From Macrostomum lignano (taxonomy: Eukaryota), in assembly GCA_002269645.1 (NCBI GenBank), contig NIVC01000870.1:124001-188000 (forward strand): a DNA stretch of 64,000 bases, read 5' to 3'. The notes under the pieces were generated by a model. It saw only the letters and a program-made list of their open reading frames with translations, was not told the DNA's origin and made no database searches. Of this stretch, positions 27,331 to 40,431 are shown one piece after another. Every line of letters starts with the position of its first letter. The first letter of the stretch is position 1. The position numbers and the translations under genes were made by a program.

Positions 27331-28973
27331 GCAAGTTACAATCAAGTAAACAAAAAAAGCTATGGTTGTAATCCCAGGAGCAAACAAAAAAACTGGCATT
27401 CCCAACTTAATATAGTAGCCAGGCTAAGGCCTAGGCAATAATATTTTTATGTTCTTTAAGTTTAAATTCAAGGGCTAGTGTAGTAGGAAGAGCTTTGCAA
27501 CAACAGATTTTTATCTAATTAATTTTAGTTACGTTTTTGTATTCTAGGCCTTCGACTTATGCCAACTTTAAAGCTAAGCAAACATGCAATAAACCAAATA
27601 AAAAGCTAAACAAAAAGTCAAATAGAAAGTTAGGTAAACAGTAGGCCTAAATAGCAACGATTTTTTTTGCAGCTAGAAATCCGTGTCGATGTGCCTGACG
27701 GTAGAAATTAAATCAAGTTGGTTAGTAAAAACTGTAGCAGCTACATTTAACAAATCTTTACGTATACATTAAAGAAACAGATTCTTCTGAATTAGAATTA
27801 CATAAATGAATAACTCCGTACAATTTTAATTTAAGGAGCTCCCGAATCTAAACGAGTTGCAATAATTCAATTGCCAGAAATTCACACATTTGAAATCTTT
27901 TTCTATATCAATGTTCCTGCAACAATTCAGCAACATTTTTATGTCAACGTTGATGCCAAGCGCGCGCTGTCAACAACGTCAATGTTGCAGCAACTAAAGA
28001 TGGCACTAGGGGTATGCAGCTTAATGTGATGAATTTCGATGCAAAAAAGGCATTTTTTATATGAAAAAAACATTGAATGGTTATGAAATTTCAGAAATTT
28101 GGTAAATTAACTATATGGAACACTGCATTGGTTTCAGTGCAAAATTCCTACCGTATCCAGTTTAAATAGCCCGGAACTAACATGAAAGTAAAAAGTCAAG
28201 TTTTCAGTTTTTTTATCGATAATTTTTTACCCAAGTCCCAATGAACCGAATCTCTAGAAATTGCACACAAACATGCCTCTTTTTGTGGGAAATCAGCCGT
28301 CATAAAAATAATGCCATCTTATTGCGTTTATTGCCTGATTTCAAGCAAAATATTAAAAAATCACTCCTCTGATCGATTTCCAATCACTTTTGACACATTG
28401 TCATGAGCACTTGTTGCAGACAATCAAAAACTTGGTCAATTTTAGCCAGACATTAGTACAACTCGTTGCAATATCCGCATTTGATCTACCATTCTTTTAA
28501 AAATTTAATCACCCATTTTTCTGGCACCCAATCAGCCAAAAATCACAAATTATCAATTTCTGATCGATTTTTCAACCCGAAAGCAGCGAAATCAGACGGC
28601 AGCAATTTAAACCAATTTAGTACAGCAATGATGCTATAGAAATTCGAGATCGGCTTATTCGCACCATGTTCTCAAAATTATAATGAGCAATAATGCAAAA
28701 GTCATGTGATTTTTGAAAAATCGATTTTTTCGATTTTCTCAGCACTGCAGAATCGTAAGGAAACAAAACTTTAGACACTTGTAGATTTTTGCATTGCACA
28801 TCCAACTGCACTGCTTTGAAGCCTAAACTAAAAAACCTTTGTAGGAAAAAGTGGCAAAATAATAAAATGAGTGTCAATTTTTTACCTAAAAAACCCTTCG
28901 GCCGCCATGGGTAGAAATTATTCACTCGCCCTCGGCCCCTGGCGAGGCCTCGGGTTCTCTTGCTCTCGCCCGA

Positions 28974-29022
28974 CGCCGCCTTTGGCGGCGCCGGGCTCGG
29001 CTCGTTCACTGGTGGAACTAGT
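28974..29022 (+). other. Possible Helitron-like 3' terminus (GC hairpin followed by CTAG|T)
   Basis: CGCCGCC-TTT-GGCGGCG hairpin at 28974-28990 and CTAGT at 29018-29022. The spacing is longer than typical and no 5' end was found. Confidence 0.3.
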
Positions 29023-29400
29023 ATATACTTTGTTTTATAAATTTAAACAAAGACTGGGGCATACATGTAGATGACTCAGAGAGTTAAATTTCACACCTCG
29101 ACTTGACTTCCTTTAGTTCCATGTATATGAGTTAGAATATATTCAGTTTAAATCTTTACAGATTGTATTTATATGAATTAATAAGTTAAGTACTTTTGCC
29201 AAACAAGCTGTTCAAGGTTAACTTGAGGGAGGAGAGACTCCTTATTGTTTGTCTGTCTGTGTATCTGGCTGTCTATGATGATCTCTCTCCCCTCTATGAT
29301 AATCTCTCTTTCCCCTTCTGATCCCTTTCCCCCAAAAAATAAATCAAACCATGAAAGCAAGCCAAACTCTCAAAGGTAACTGGTCGTTTCGCTCATAAAC

Positions 29401-29490
29401 CATTTTGGCCATGGACATTTCGCCCCCAGACTATTTTGCCCACAGACCATTTCGCCCACAGACTGTTTCGGCCATGGACCGTTTCACCTC
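29401..29490. repeat. About 18-19-bp tandem repeats (CATTTCGCCCACAGAC-like)
   Basis: About five diverged copies, resembling DNA-transposon subterminal repeats. Confidence 0.7.
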
Positions 29491-29813
29491 GGTTAGCAGC
29501 TGAGTAGGGAGTAGGTAGCTGAGTAGGCTGAGGAGGCAGTGGCGGCGGTGGTGGCGGCATTGCCTCGGCTCCTGTGTTCTGCCAGCATAGTCTGTTATTA
29601 CATGGATTTTTATCCGAACAATGTTTTCGAAAGCACAATAGCCTTTTACAATTAAATTTATGATGGTAAACGCACATCTTTCTAGATTTCAGAACAGCGA
29701 ATTCGTCGCCTTTGTTCGCCTTAAAAACTGTCAATGCTTCCTAGAATTCGCAAGTGAAGAAAAATTGGTGAACCACAAAACAATTTCTGAAAAATGATCA
29801 ACTCCCCACCTTC

Positions 29814-29875
29814 CCACCTAGCCACCCAACTGCCCACCTAGCCACCCAACTGCCCACCTAGCCACCCTACCTACC
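29814..29875. repeat. 20-bp tandem repeat (CCACCCAACTGCCCACCTAG)
   Basis: About three copies. Confidence 0.8.
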
Positions 29876-32800
29876 TACTAGATTCCTCGCCTTGTTTTAT
29901 TAGGGTTAGGGCTAGGCCCTTAAAAAATATCATGGCATTTCTTTACCTTGGCCTGATTAGTTAAATGCTTTATAACATGAGTTATTTGATTCTTTATTAA
30001 AATATTCTATATTTATATTTATTTCAAATATTCAAATATTTATTCTCTCCTCTGTCCCTACTCTGGCCTGCAGTCATGCGCTAAGTTATCAATCTGGCCA
30101 TTGACGGCTTGAAGTGAAAATTTTGCCGACGCCTGAGTTAGTGGTACAAACGAATTGAAACAAGCAACGAACTATAATGACACTTACCTTCTGCGTTGAC
30201 TCGAAAATTTGAATTGAAAATAGAAAGTGTAGAAAAAAAGTTAAAAAATAGTGAAAGAGTTGAAGTATAAAATTAGTAAGAAAATTATTGAGTAAGAGAG
30301 TAGGAAATTGAGTTTAAGTTGGAACTGAAGACTGAAGTGTTTTAGACTGATGAGACTGTAGACTGCAGAGTTCGAGAGATCAAGCTTTCAAACCGGTTCA
30401 AACCGGATTATACTAGAAAGATTGCTTTGCCTGCTTTCTGAGAATTTTCCACTTCCTATTTTCCATTAAGGTTGTTTACGGGAAGTGAGGAAAGAGACTC
30501 CTTGCACCTTAGAGGACATCTGAGTTCGCATCTCCTCATCCAATGGCAGCTGACCAATGCTTCGACGGCAAGGCCAATAAAAAAGAACTCGTCCCATTCA
30601 GTTTAACATTTTCATTGTTTTTATTTTTGTATTTTTACCAATCTTTTTTAAATATAATATCACATGTTGTAACGTGGTGTAAAATTAGCATTTTAGTTTT
30701 TGCTTTTATTTTGTATTTTTTGTTGTTATAGCAACCGTAAAATTCATCCTTCAGTAGGTTAAGGCAATTAAGGTGGGGGCGGAGAAAGAAAATAAAAAAA
30801 CTTGAAATGAAAATTTGGGTTTTTCGTGTTTTCTTCGAAACCGGTCGGTGCTACGTTCGCATGGCTAGATCTGGAAAATCGCGCGGACGAACTTTACCGA
30901 AATTTCTCTTGGATACTCCGACTGCCGGGGTCCTCAATTCCGGGGGGTGGGTAGTTTAGTCGTAGGCGAGCGGTCTTCGTTAGGCGCGAGCGTTCAGAGC
31001 GGGTCCTTAGACACCGAAATTAATGTTCCTCGAAGGCTTGACTGATTACTTTCAGTAGAGTAGCGCTGCCACCACCGTAATTTACGTATTACGGAACGTT
31101 GGCTCAGAGCTTCTTAGAGTTAAGACTGGGTTATTTTACGCCCCACGGGCAAATGACTTAAAAAAAGCTATGGCTCTTAATCTAGATAACGAATAAACAA
31201 ATTAATGCTGGTTTATTAAGTATTTGGCAAAATTTATTAGTTATCAAACAAGAGTATCGACTTGACAACTAAATGAATGGGGGTGCCGCGGTGTGGGCTC
31301 TCAACTAGTTAAAACTTACGCAAACGGCCGGTTAAGCAAAATTAATAAGAGCTAAATTGGCGTTACTAAGTTGATTCAGTTAAGGGTAGAGGAGGGGCAA
31401 GGATTAAGATCAGTAAGGAAAGGAGAACGGGAAACGGGAGAGGCATGGGGGGAGACAGGCGCAAGAGGCGGGGGTTAAATACCCAAACAAGGCGCAAAAA
31501 GTGGACAAAGTAGCCCAGAAAATGGGAAGGGGCGAGGACACCAGGGTCCAGAACATAGCAAAGGAAAAACTCCGTAGAAATGCACGGGGAAAAACAAAAA
31601 TAACCAAAAAGGGGCATACAAGACCAGAAAATGGAACGATGAAAACAGAAAAAGGGCAGAAAGATACGTCATTATTTGAACAGCAACTTTTGCTTTTTAA
31701 GCAGCAACATACATGTATAAAATACAACAGACTGACATGTTTTGCATGCTAAATTAAAAGAATGGCAATCTTCATTAACCGAGATAAAATGCTATCGTTT
31801 GATTTTGTGATGCAAAAATGACTTTTTCCTGTCTCTGCAGTCAGGGGTTTTTTTTTCTGCCAAAAATGTGGATGCAATCTTGCATCTCAAGCTTAAAAAA
31901 TGGATGCAAATATGAAAAGCAGGATGCGACTTGCATCTAGGTCTAAGCTTGCGAATTGTGTTGGGATGAATAATTATCTTGCTTCATTATTTACATAGCT
32001 AAAGTAAGTGGCATAAGTATATGGTTCCATTCGTTAAACTATGACAACGACATGCTTATTCTTACAAAAATAATTCAATTCAATGCATTTTTATTCATAG
32101 GAAGAAAAACAAGTATGATAAGGACGCACTTTTTTCCAAACCCCGCGCTAGCACATTGGCTCTAAACTTACTAGCCTACTAACAGTGGGCGATGGGCATT
32201 TTTATCCTTTTTCTGCGTATAGTCATAGAATCTATACTAGATATAATGTTTGGTCATACTAGTAGTCATAATAACATTGGCGCAGCTTTTTGAGTCATAA
32301 ATAATCGCTTTCGAAGCTGGTCTGACAGCCACCTGCGCCTCACTCAGTGTTGAGGCGGGCTCCAGATGGTCTGAGAGGATGCGGGCGGTAGCTTTTTTCT
32401 CATCATTTTGACAGGCCATCCAGATTTATGAGGTCAGGGCCTATTGTTCGTGTTCACTCAAGCGTGTGACAGCTATGACAGCTATGCGTTTTACCCCTAA
32501 AAGTACTTTGGGATTAGCGATTAGCGATTTCTCTTCATTATCTTCACTTTCTATTTAATAAGAGCTTTCTAATGTATATTTTTTCATTTATTTCTGTCAA
32601 TCCTACGCGAAAAGTCATAATTCATTTTGTTGCGATTTTGATTGATTTATGGCCACACCTGTCATCTTTTTACGACCCTGTGGGAACTGATAGGATCTCT
32701 CGGTCACGTGATTCTGGGTAGCAACAAGCTTAGCCAATCAGAAAATTCGGCGCTCATTTTAACAAAACGGCTCAGCCAATCAGAATCGACGTGTTCCATT

Positions 32801-34335
32801 ATAACAAACTGCGGTCCAGTTGGCATTTAAACCGGATTTTTTTGGCCCGCTCGGACGATAACGGGCTTGGAACTTGCTCGGGCCCAGCACGCAACTTCTG
32901 GTTCCCGGAGCGCGACCGTCGTTTCTTGATCCCCGGATTGCGACTTCCCCCGATCATCAAGGACGAATCCCCCAGTCGTCAGCAGCGAACATCAAGTGAA
33001 GACCATTACCTGCTAGCTATCAGCGAAGATTGTGTCAGCATCATCCCGAGTCTACAGCTGCGAAGCATCAAGCCGATTCGGTCACTGTGGATTTCCTGGT
33101 CTCCGGCGGTTGAGTTTTTGATTGGTTGGGTGAGAGGCTACCTAGACTTGCTTGATTAGGTGATTCCCTGTCTGTCCCCTGTTTCAGTAGCTGGATTAGG
33201 CGCACACTTTTGCTTATTTTGTTCAGTAGTGCTGTTACTGAGGCAGAAATCATTCAATAATACTGCTAGTAGTCTGGAACTCCAATTCGATCTGAAGTGT
33301 GAAGTGATCTAAGGAGAAGGTTAAATCTGACAGTTCTTTTTATCGGTTTTATTTCTTTGTTCGCCGATGGCTCAGGTGAGTAGCTAAGCTAGTAGGCGCC
33401 GGTCACAGTGGACCAATGGCAAGGCGGTTCTCTGTCGATCAATCCATCAAATTAGTGAGCAAAACTGCCAGAAGTGCAGAATCGGCGCCAGAGATGTACT
33501 TTGTGCACTCTAGGTTAGCCAAGCGGCTCGGGTAATGAATCATGCGGTCTCTGAAGTTCGAGTTAGTCTATCATCAGCGCTATGAGAGGCTAGTTGGCGC
33601 GTTGAAGGCCAAAAGTACAATTCCTCGTATTTAGCAATGTAATAGTACATGTATAGCTACCCCATAGTCTAGCCACTGCAAGAATCCCATGCACAAGTCC
33701 CCTCTGTACCTGCATGGCCAATGCGATCGAGTCCCAGCAGTGTCCCTTATCATCGGCTATGACTTCGAGATCGACAGCAAAAAGACACTAGTTGGCAGGT
33801 AAGTGCAAAGCCCCTTCTAGTCGGAAGCCCGATTTCGAGAGTCCCGGTGTGGTGAGCCAGGACGCACGGGCTGGTGGCAGCGAGTTAGCTTAGTCTGCGG
33901 GCTAGCTAATTTCTACCCACAAAATAATCCCTGCTTGTCTTTTGCTGTCCCTCTCTTAGCTATAGGACCTAGACTGCTCGCCACAAGATCAAGCTACCAT
34001 GGGGCTAACCATCTGACAGGAGTGGAGGGCCAGGACTCTAATTGATTTATTTCTGAGACCTGAGGCCCGAAGGCTTCCTTACAAGGGGCCTGAAAGGTCG
34101 AAACCCATCAAGTAGAAATTTAGGGAAAGTATTCAATGAAGATTCAAAAAAGTATTGAAACAATATATTTATGCATAATGTTTTGTTTGTAACTTTTGCT
34201 AAAAAATGACTTGCATGCATGATGCAGAGGCTTTAAGGCTCACAAAGAGTGGAAATAGAACGCAGCTTGTGAATTTGAGACCAAGCGGAATCCAATACAG
34301 TACAAATTTACATTGAAATAGAGATCTTATAATCG

Positions 34336-34870
34336 CACCAAGAGGAATGCAAAAGGCGCCAGCCTCGCACAGATAAAGTGCTGAGAGGCCTTATGGCTTA
34401 ATAGGTTAATGGGATTAAATAGGCGCAGCTTGTGAATTCGGGACTAAGCGGAATCCTATACCGTACGGGGAATAAAATCCTGTACTAGCACCAAGAGGAA
34501 TGCAAATTGATGCCAGCCTCGCACAAGTGAAGTGCACAGGAGGTCTTACAGCTTAAATTAGGACAGCAGTTGAGAAAACTCTTGTGAACGCACCAAGAGG
34601 AATGCAAAATGGGGTGACAGCAGAGAATCTCTTATAAAATAGCACCAAGAGGAGTGCAGATGTGCCAGCCTCGCACAAGTGAAGTGCACAGGAGGCCTTA
34701 CGGCTTAAATTAGGACAGCAGTTGAGAAACTCTTGTGAACGCACCAACAGCAATGCAAAATGGGGTGACAGCAGAGAAACTCTTGTAAAATAGCACCAAG
34801 AGGAATGCAATTGCACCAGCCTCGCACAAGTGAAATGCACCGGAGGCCTTACGGCTTAAATTAGACAGCA
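34336..34870. repeat. Composite minisatellite (about 150-bp unit with two GCACCAAGAGGAATGCAA-led subunits)
   Basis: GCACCAAGAGG-like motif near 34336, 34488, 34590, 34642, 34740 and 34793; CCAGCCTCGCACAAGTGAA..CTTACGGCTTAAATTAG recurs. Confidence 0.85.
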
Positions 34871-34933
34871 AAATGAGTCGCAGCTTGTGATTCTGGACCA
34901 AACGGAATCCTAGAAGTACATTAACATGCACTA

Positions 34934-35250
34934 CAGCAGCTTGTTATGGAGCAAGCGGACCTCTAAAGTACATCTTTACCATGTACGAGCTACAGCAGCT
35001 TGTTCTAGGGCAAGCGGACCCCTGAAAGTACATTACATGCACTAGCAGCTTGTTCTGGGGCAAGCGCACCCCTACTACACCCATAGCAGCTTGTTCTGGG
35101 GCAAGCGCACCCCTACTACACCCATAGCAGCTTGTTCTGGGGCAAGCGGACCCCACTACACCTATAGCAGCTTGTTCTGGGGCAAGCGGACCCCTGAAAG
35201 TACATTCAAGTACCTACGGCAGCTTGTTATGGGGCAAGCGGACCCCTGAC
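34934..35250. repeat. About 40-bp minisatellite (GCAGCTTGTTCTGGGGCAAGCGGACCCC...)
   Basis: Seven copies of GCAGCTTGTT(C/A)TGG-GCAAGCG. Confidence 0.9.
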
Positions 35251-37720
35251 GGCATCAGAAACCACTCCTGTTAACCAAGCTTGATTGAGTTGATAAAAGG
35301 AACAAGTTCATGACGTGCCTGAGAAAAGCCGGGAAAGGGGGTGAAGTATATTGACCTAGCTAAAATGCTAAAAATTGAGGCCTGATTGGCCTGTCGCACC
35401 GAATTAGAAAAATGCAATAATATATGTGGCTAGAATAAGGATACAAATGCTCAATTTTATGCTTGTACATTGGCAGAGATCCTAAGTTGATTAAAATAAA
35501 GCTTAACGGCTAAGTTAATGCTTAGATTGAGGCTAAGTGGCTTATAAGCGTTGTTAAAAAATAAGGGAAATGCTGAAATCTTGAGTTCTAAAGGCTAGTA
35601 AGTTCCGCCGAGGCAACAACACTACAGTTCCAATTAATTTCCTTTTAGGACGGCGTTCAGCGGCGGTGGCAAACCGATTGTGTTGAGTTCGGCTGCGAAT
35701 CGCCGAGCCACTAGCTCAGCGGCTTGGCGGTTAAATTCTACCCGGGTAAGGTTTCTGGCCGCGATGCTTGTAGCCCATTCGAAAAGGCTAGAACGGTAAG
35801 TGGCATCCGTAGCTGGGCCTGTAGTTCAGCGGGTAGGCCTTCGAAGAGGTGGAATTGGTACCTGCCAGGCAAATGAGCTCGGCGATTTGACTGGCTTGTC
35901 AAATTGCAATTTAAATTTGCAATTTGCAATTTAAACAAAATTTAGAATGCACTACAATAAAAACCTTGCTAAAGCATGTTTTATATATAAAACTTTATAA
36001 TTAATAATTTTTAGTAAATAATATACATTTATATCAGATGAAATATTTTTATACATACGGCAAAGCATCGAAGGTTCGTAATGATACGTATTGATACGTA
36101 AATGTGACTTTTGTTGCTTCTTCAAAATGGTCCAAATAAGAATATTTTCAATTTTCTGTAATTTCACAAAATAGGGTACATAAAAAACCTGCTTTAAAAT
36201 AAAAAATTCGACAAAAAGTTTCATTTTCCGAACGTTTCCAGTGTTGCGTATCTGTCGCCTAAATGATACGTCCCTTTGCTGTGAGGGGTTGCCTGCCTAA
36301 CTATAGTTGAAATTTCTCCTAGTTGTTGCTCAGGTGCGATGGGGGATGGGAGCACGGGATCAGGAGATTCGCGTGGGCTTGGGCTGCGTGACGGCAACTG
36401 CGCAAACTCAATGGGCGCAAAATCTCCTCTCTCCGTTTCAGCTCCTTGGTCGACAACTTCAGCGTTAGCGCCTCGCGATCGCGCTTGCAGCGGCGAGCGC
36501 GTCGACCACAGCTGGGTGCGCCCAATTCACGTCGACAATGCTCTCGTTTTCATCCTCGTCGGAATCCTCGGTGCGTAACCTCTCGCTTCTCTCTCCTCTC
36601 CCTCCCCTCATCTTTACTCATTTATCTTTTCTCTCTCGTCTTTCGGCTCTACTCCCTCCTGTCTCCTCTTTCACCTCTCTTACCCCCTCTCCTCTCTTCT
36701 TTCAATTCCCTCATCTCTTCTCTCGCCTTTATTCTCTTTTTTTCTTTTCTCTAATCTGTCCCTTTTAATTCTCTCTTTTCATGTTCTCTTTTATCTAATA
36801 TTTTATCTACTCTTTCCTTCTCTCTTCATTTAGCCATTTCATCCTCCCTATGAAGCAGATATCATCAAAATCCTCTCCGTTAAACTGCAATCCAGCGTGT
36901 ATCATCTCCTTCAAGCTACAATCCATCAATTTAAAAAATATTATCTCTATCGAATTTCAGTCAATCAAGACTATGAAACTAAAGTCTATAAAAATATGCT
37001 TTTTACTTGTTTGGGTATACGTCAAAAAATTTTAAAAAATCCTCCATAAAACCTCTGAAATATCATAGCATGTTTTCCCTGTTTGCAAAAATTAACTGCC
37101 ATGGTCCAGACTGAGACTCTCTCCTGTCTCCTCTCTCCTCTTTGCTCCTTTATCTAATCTCTTCTCTCTGCTCTCATCTCCTCTCTCATCTCTACTCTTA
37201 CTTTCTTATCAATCATCTCCCATCTCTCATCTCTCCTCTCTGCGCTCTCATCTCTATTTTGCATGCATCTCTAGTATGCGAAATTTCATACTATTAACAG
37301 CTATAACAATTAATAATATTAGCAGTACAAAAACTGGCAAAATCCCCTATTTATTTTTACGGGAATAACTGGGAAGATTGCGGCCTAATGAGCGATATTG
37401 CAACCATGCCGAAGCACCATTCGGAAAGTGTAAATACAAAGAAAGGCCTGACAGGGACAACAAAAAACTGATATGGTTACTAAAAGTTCCGTACCCTATT
37501 GTCCCGTGCATATTGGCAGTGTTGGGCACTGTAGTCTTATAATAAGCAGTGATCCGTTGATACACCTTAATAAGGGTAAATACTTTTCATTAACACTACT
37601 GACCTGCCGTTTGGTGTTTATAAACAATTAACTTATTTGCATTAATAATAATTGGCGTCATAGCGGAATTCAATATTTTCAATATAGTGCCCAACACTGC
37701 CTATTGCACAACGCACCTAC

Positions 37721-38680
37721 CCCCAGCCCCAGCCCCAGACCCAGCCCCAGTCCCAGATTCAGCAGAAGCAGCAGGAGCAGACGTCGAGACGGCAGCTGGA
37801 ATACTTGCCGCACGGGCAATTGCCGCACGTGCTGCTGCCGCACGGGCAGTGGCCGAACGTGCAGCCGCTGCACCTGCAGTATCAGCTGCAGCAGTAGCAG
37901 CTGCAGCAGGAGCAGCTGTAGCAGGGGTCTAAATTAAATTTAATATTAATTTAATTATCATTTTCAGTTAGTCACAAATTTTGTGTGCTTAAAATCAAAA
38001 CGCAAGCTTTTGCAGCTATAACGTCTTTAAAGGATAAAGTGTTTAATGAGAGTAATCAAATTCATTTGCACATGAACTTACGTTGCGCCGCATTAATTTA
38101 CATTCTCAGGCAACGTGCCCGAGAACTTTACATCGATAGCATCGATAGCATCCTACAAATTTAAAATTTGGAAAAAAGGTTGCTTACGTTAACTAAGATA
38201 ATGTAGAAATATGTAATAATTTTAACAACAAATTTATGTTTTAGACTGCTAAAATTGAAAATTTAGTGTATGCTTTACTCACGATAACTTCGCCTGCCGC
38301 CACCGTCGCCACCGCCACCGCCGCCACTGCCGCCATGACCGCCACCGCCGACGGCCGCGGCGGCCACCATCACGGCCGCCACCGGAATTGTCGCTGCGGC
38401 CGCCACCGCCGCCACCGCCGCCATGGCCGCCACCGCCGCCACTGCCGCCATGGCCGCCACGGCCGACATGGCCGCGGCCGCCACCATCACGGCCGCCACC
38501 GGAATTGTCGTCGCGGCCGCCACCGCCGCCACCGCCGCGGCCGCCACCATCACGGCCGCCACCGGGATGGTCGCCGCGGCCGCCACCGCCGCCACCCGGA
38601 TGGCCGACACCGCCGCGGCCGCCACCGCCGCCACCGGCAGGGCCGCCATCGCATCCGAAGTAAAAATAAAAATTTGACAT
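37721..38680 (-). other. Putative spliced low-complexity gene fragment (Gly/RGG-rich exon and Ala-rich exon)
   Basis: Acceptor TTTTCTGCTTTCAG|ATG at 38681, donor GTGAGT at 38282, acceptor TTTAG at 37929 and donor GTAGGT at 37720 bracket the two GC-rich blocks. Frame continuity is unresolved. Confidence 0.35.
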
Positions 38681-40141
38681 CTGAAAGCAGAAAATACAAA
38701 CCAAATGACTAATCATCATTCAGTTATACTAAAAATAGAACTATCTACCAACCTATGTATCTATTTATACGAATTTTGGCTTTACTTGACATTGTGTGAA
38801 CCGATTTTTTTCAAACTTGCACTATTAGATCCGAAATTTTTCCGTGGGGGTACATGTATCGTGGCTAAGAAATTGGTCAATGCTAAAAAGATAATAAGGT
38901 AAAAAGAAAAACTTTTTTGCAAAGGTCAAGTAGCCCTTTCCACGAGAAATGCATTGTAAGAATTATAGAGAAAAAACTGACTGACTGAATTCTGATTCTG
39001 ACAAACATTGCATCATACTAAGCATTTTATTCATTGTAAGCGTCTAAAAAGGTATAAAAAACATTTCACACACAAAAAGCTGAAAAGACTGAGACCTAGT
39101 AAAACTAGGTCTTGTATAATCTAGTATAACAAATTTTTAAAGAATAATATATTATAAGTTTTATTCGTTTATGTGGTCTAATGTATAATACGTTCTAATA
39201 CGTTCCCCAATGTATCGATATTCAATCCCAAAACTATAATTGTCACGAAAGGTAGATCGCTGCCACCAATCGAAGCTATGAAGCCGAGACCGCTATCAAA
39301 GAGATTTGAATGAAGTGAGTTAGAACTTGAGCTTAAATTGAACAGTAACTTAACGAACTATCAAATGTAATTAATAAACGATAAATTAACAAATATTGGA
39401 ACTAGCGCACCAGCAGAAAATGATAATTAACCTTAACAAAATCAATAGACAAAACACAAAGATAAGCTCGGCCTCCTGTGTCCTTACTAACACAGTCTGT
39501 TAGAGCTAAGATTTAGTTCACTAAGCTAACTAAGTACTTAGGAGCCGTGCTCAACTAAGACTCAACATTTGCTAATAACTAACCATGAACTAGTTAATCA
39601 GGCACACTAGGCCGATCTTACAAAGTCAATCACTATCGGGAGCACATAGTCCGGGCTAAGTTGCAAACTCGGGCAACCAGAGGAGAGCAAGCCTCATTCA
39701 AATTGGTGCACGCGGTATTTATATGCCCGCCGAATGAGTGCATTAAAACAACAGATGGGCCTCCTGGCACAAAAATACGTTAACCTAATCGTTTTCGCAT
39801 GTGCAAGAGCTTTCAGTGAATTAATGGCGCACGTTAGTAAACTCCCTTGATTCATTGAATAATTAGTAATAAATAGTCGTAATCAATCACTTCACGTAAT
39901 AAACGACAGTAGAATGCATGAGGGGGCTTCTGGGACAAAATTTTTCACCTCCTCCATAATCCCATTAAATCCATCCATATTATCCCTGACAGAATCAGAA
40001 AAAAAGGGGGGTCGCACTTGCTCCGAAAACTTCGAACATAATCCTCCCAAATCCATCCATATTATCCCCGACAGAATCGGAGCATAACAGATGTCGTACT
40101 CGCTCCGAAAACTTCGAACATAATCCCCCTAAATCCATCCA

Positions 40142-40240
40142 AGTAGTAGTATGTTATAAGGGGCTGCGCCACACTTATTGCTCGGGCGCATTGGGTGCCA
40201 GCTCGCTGGATGACTCAGCCCCTTATAACATACTACTACT
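40142..40240. repeat. Perfect 25-bp inverted repeat with AGTAGTAGT...ACTACTACT ends
   Basis: AGTAGTAGTATGTTATAAGGGGCTG (40142-40166) and CAGCCCCTTATAACATACTACTACT (40216-40240), with a 49-nt spacer. Confidence 0.9.
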
Positions 40241-40305
40241 ACCAGGAGGTCAGAGTTGCAAGTGTGTGTGATAAGTATGAAAATATAAAATATACATAAA
40301 TATGT

Positions 40306-40431
40306 GAGTGAGGGTGTTGAGGGTGAGGGCATGTGGGGGGCATTAGCATGTGGAATATTTCACAGAACACATTTTCCGGAATTTTTATACTTTTAAAAAA
40401 GGAGGGTGCCCTCACCCTCATGCCCTCACTC
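40306..40431. repeat. Second, imperfect inverted repeat (about 25-bp arms)
   Basis: GAGTGAGGGTGTTGAGGGTGAGGGCA versus TGCCCTCACCCTCATGCCCTCACTC. Confidence 0.75.

Larger units (their letters stand above)
19234..28012 (-). mobile_element. Complete EnSpm/CACTA (CMC)-type DNA transposon, 8779 bp
   Basis: TIRs CCCCTAGTGCCAT (19234) and ATGGCACTAGGGG (ending 28012), extending imperfectly to about 22 bp; TAT duplicated at 19231-19233 and 28013-28015; subterminal ATGTTG/CAACAT repeats at both ends; contains a transposase and an accessory gene. Confidence 0.92.

Noticed and set aside
30345-30385. CTGATGAG hammerhead-like start
   Set aside because: It is followed by GAGA rather than GAAA and no flanking stems form.
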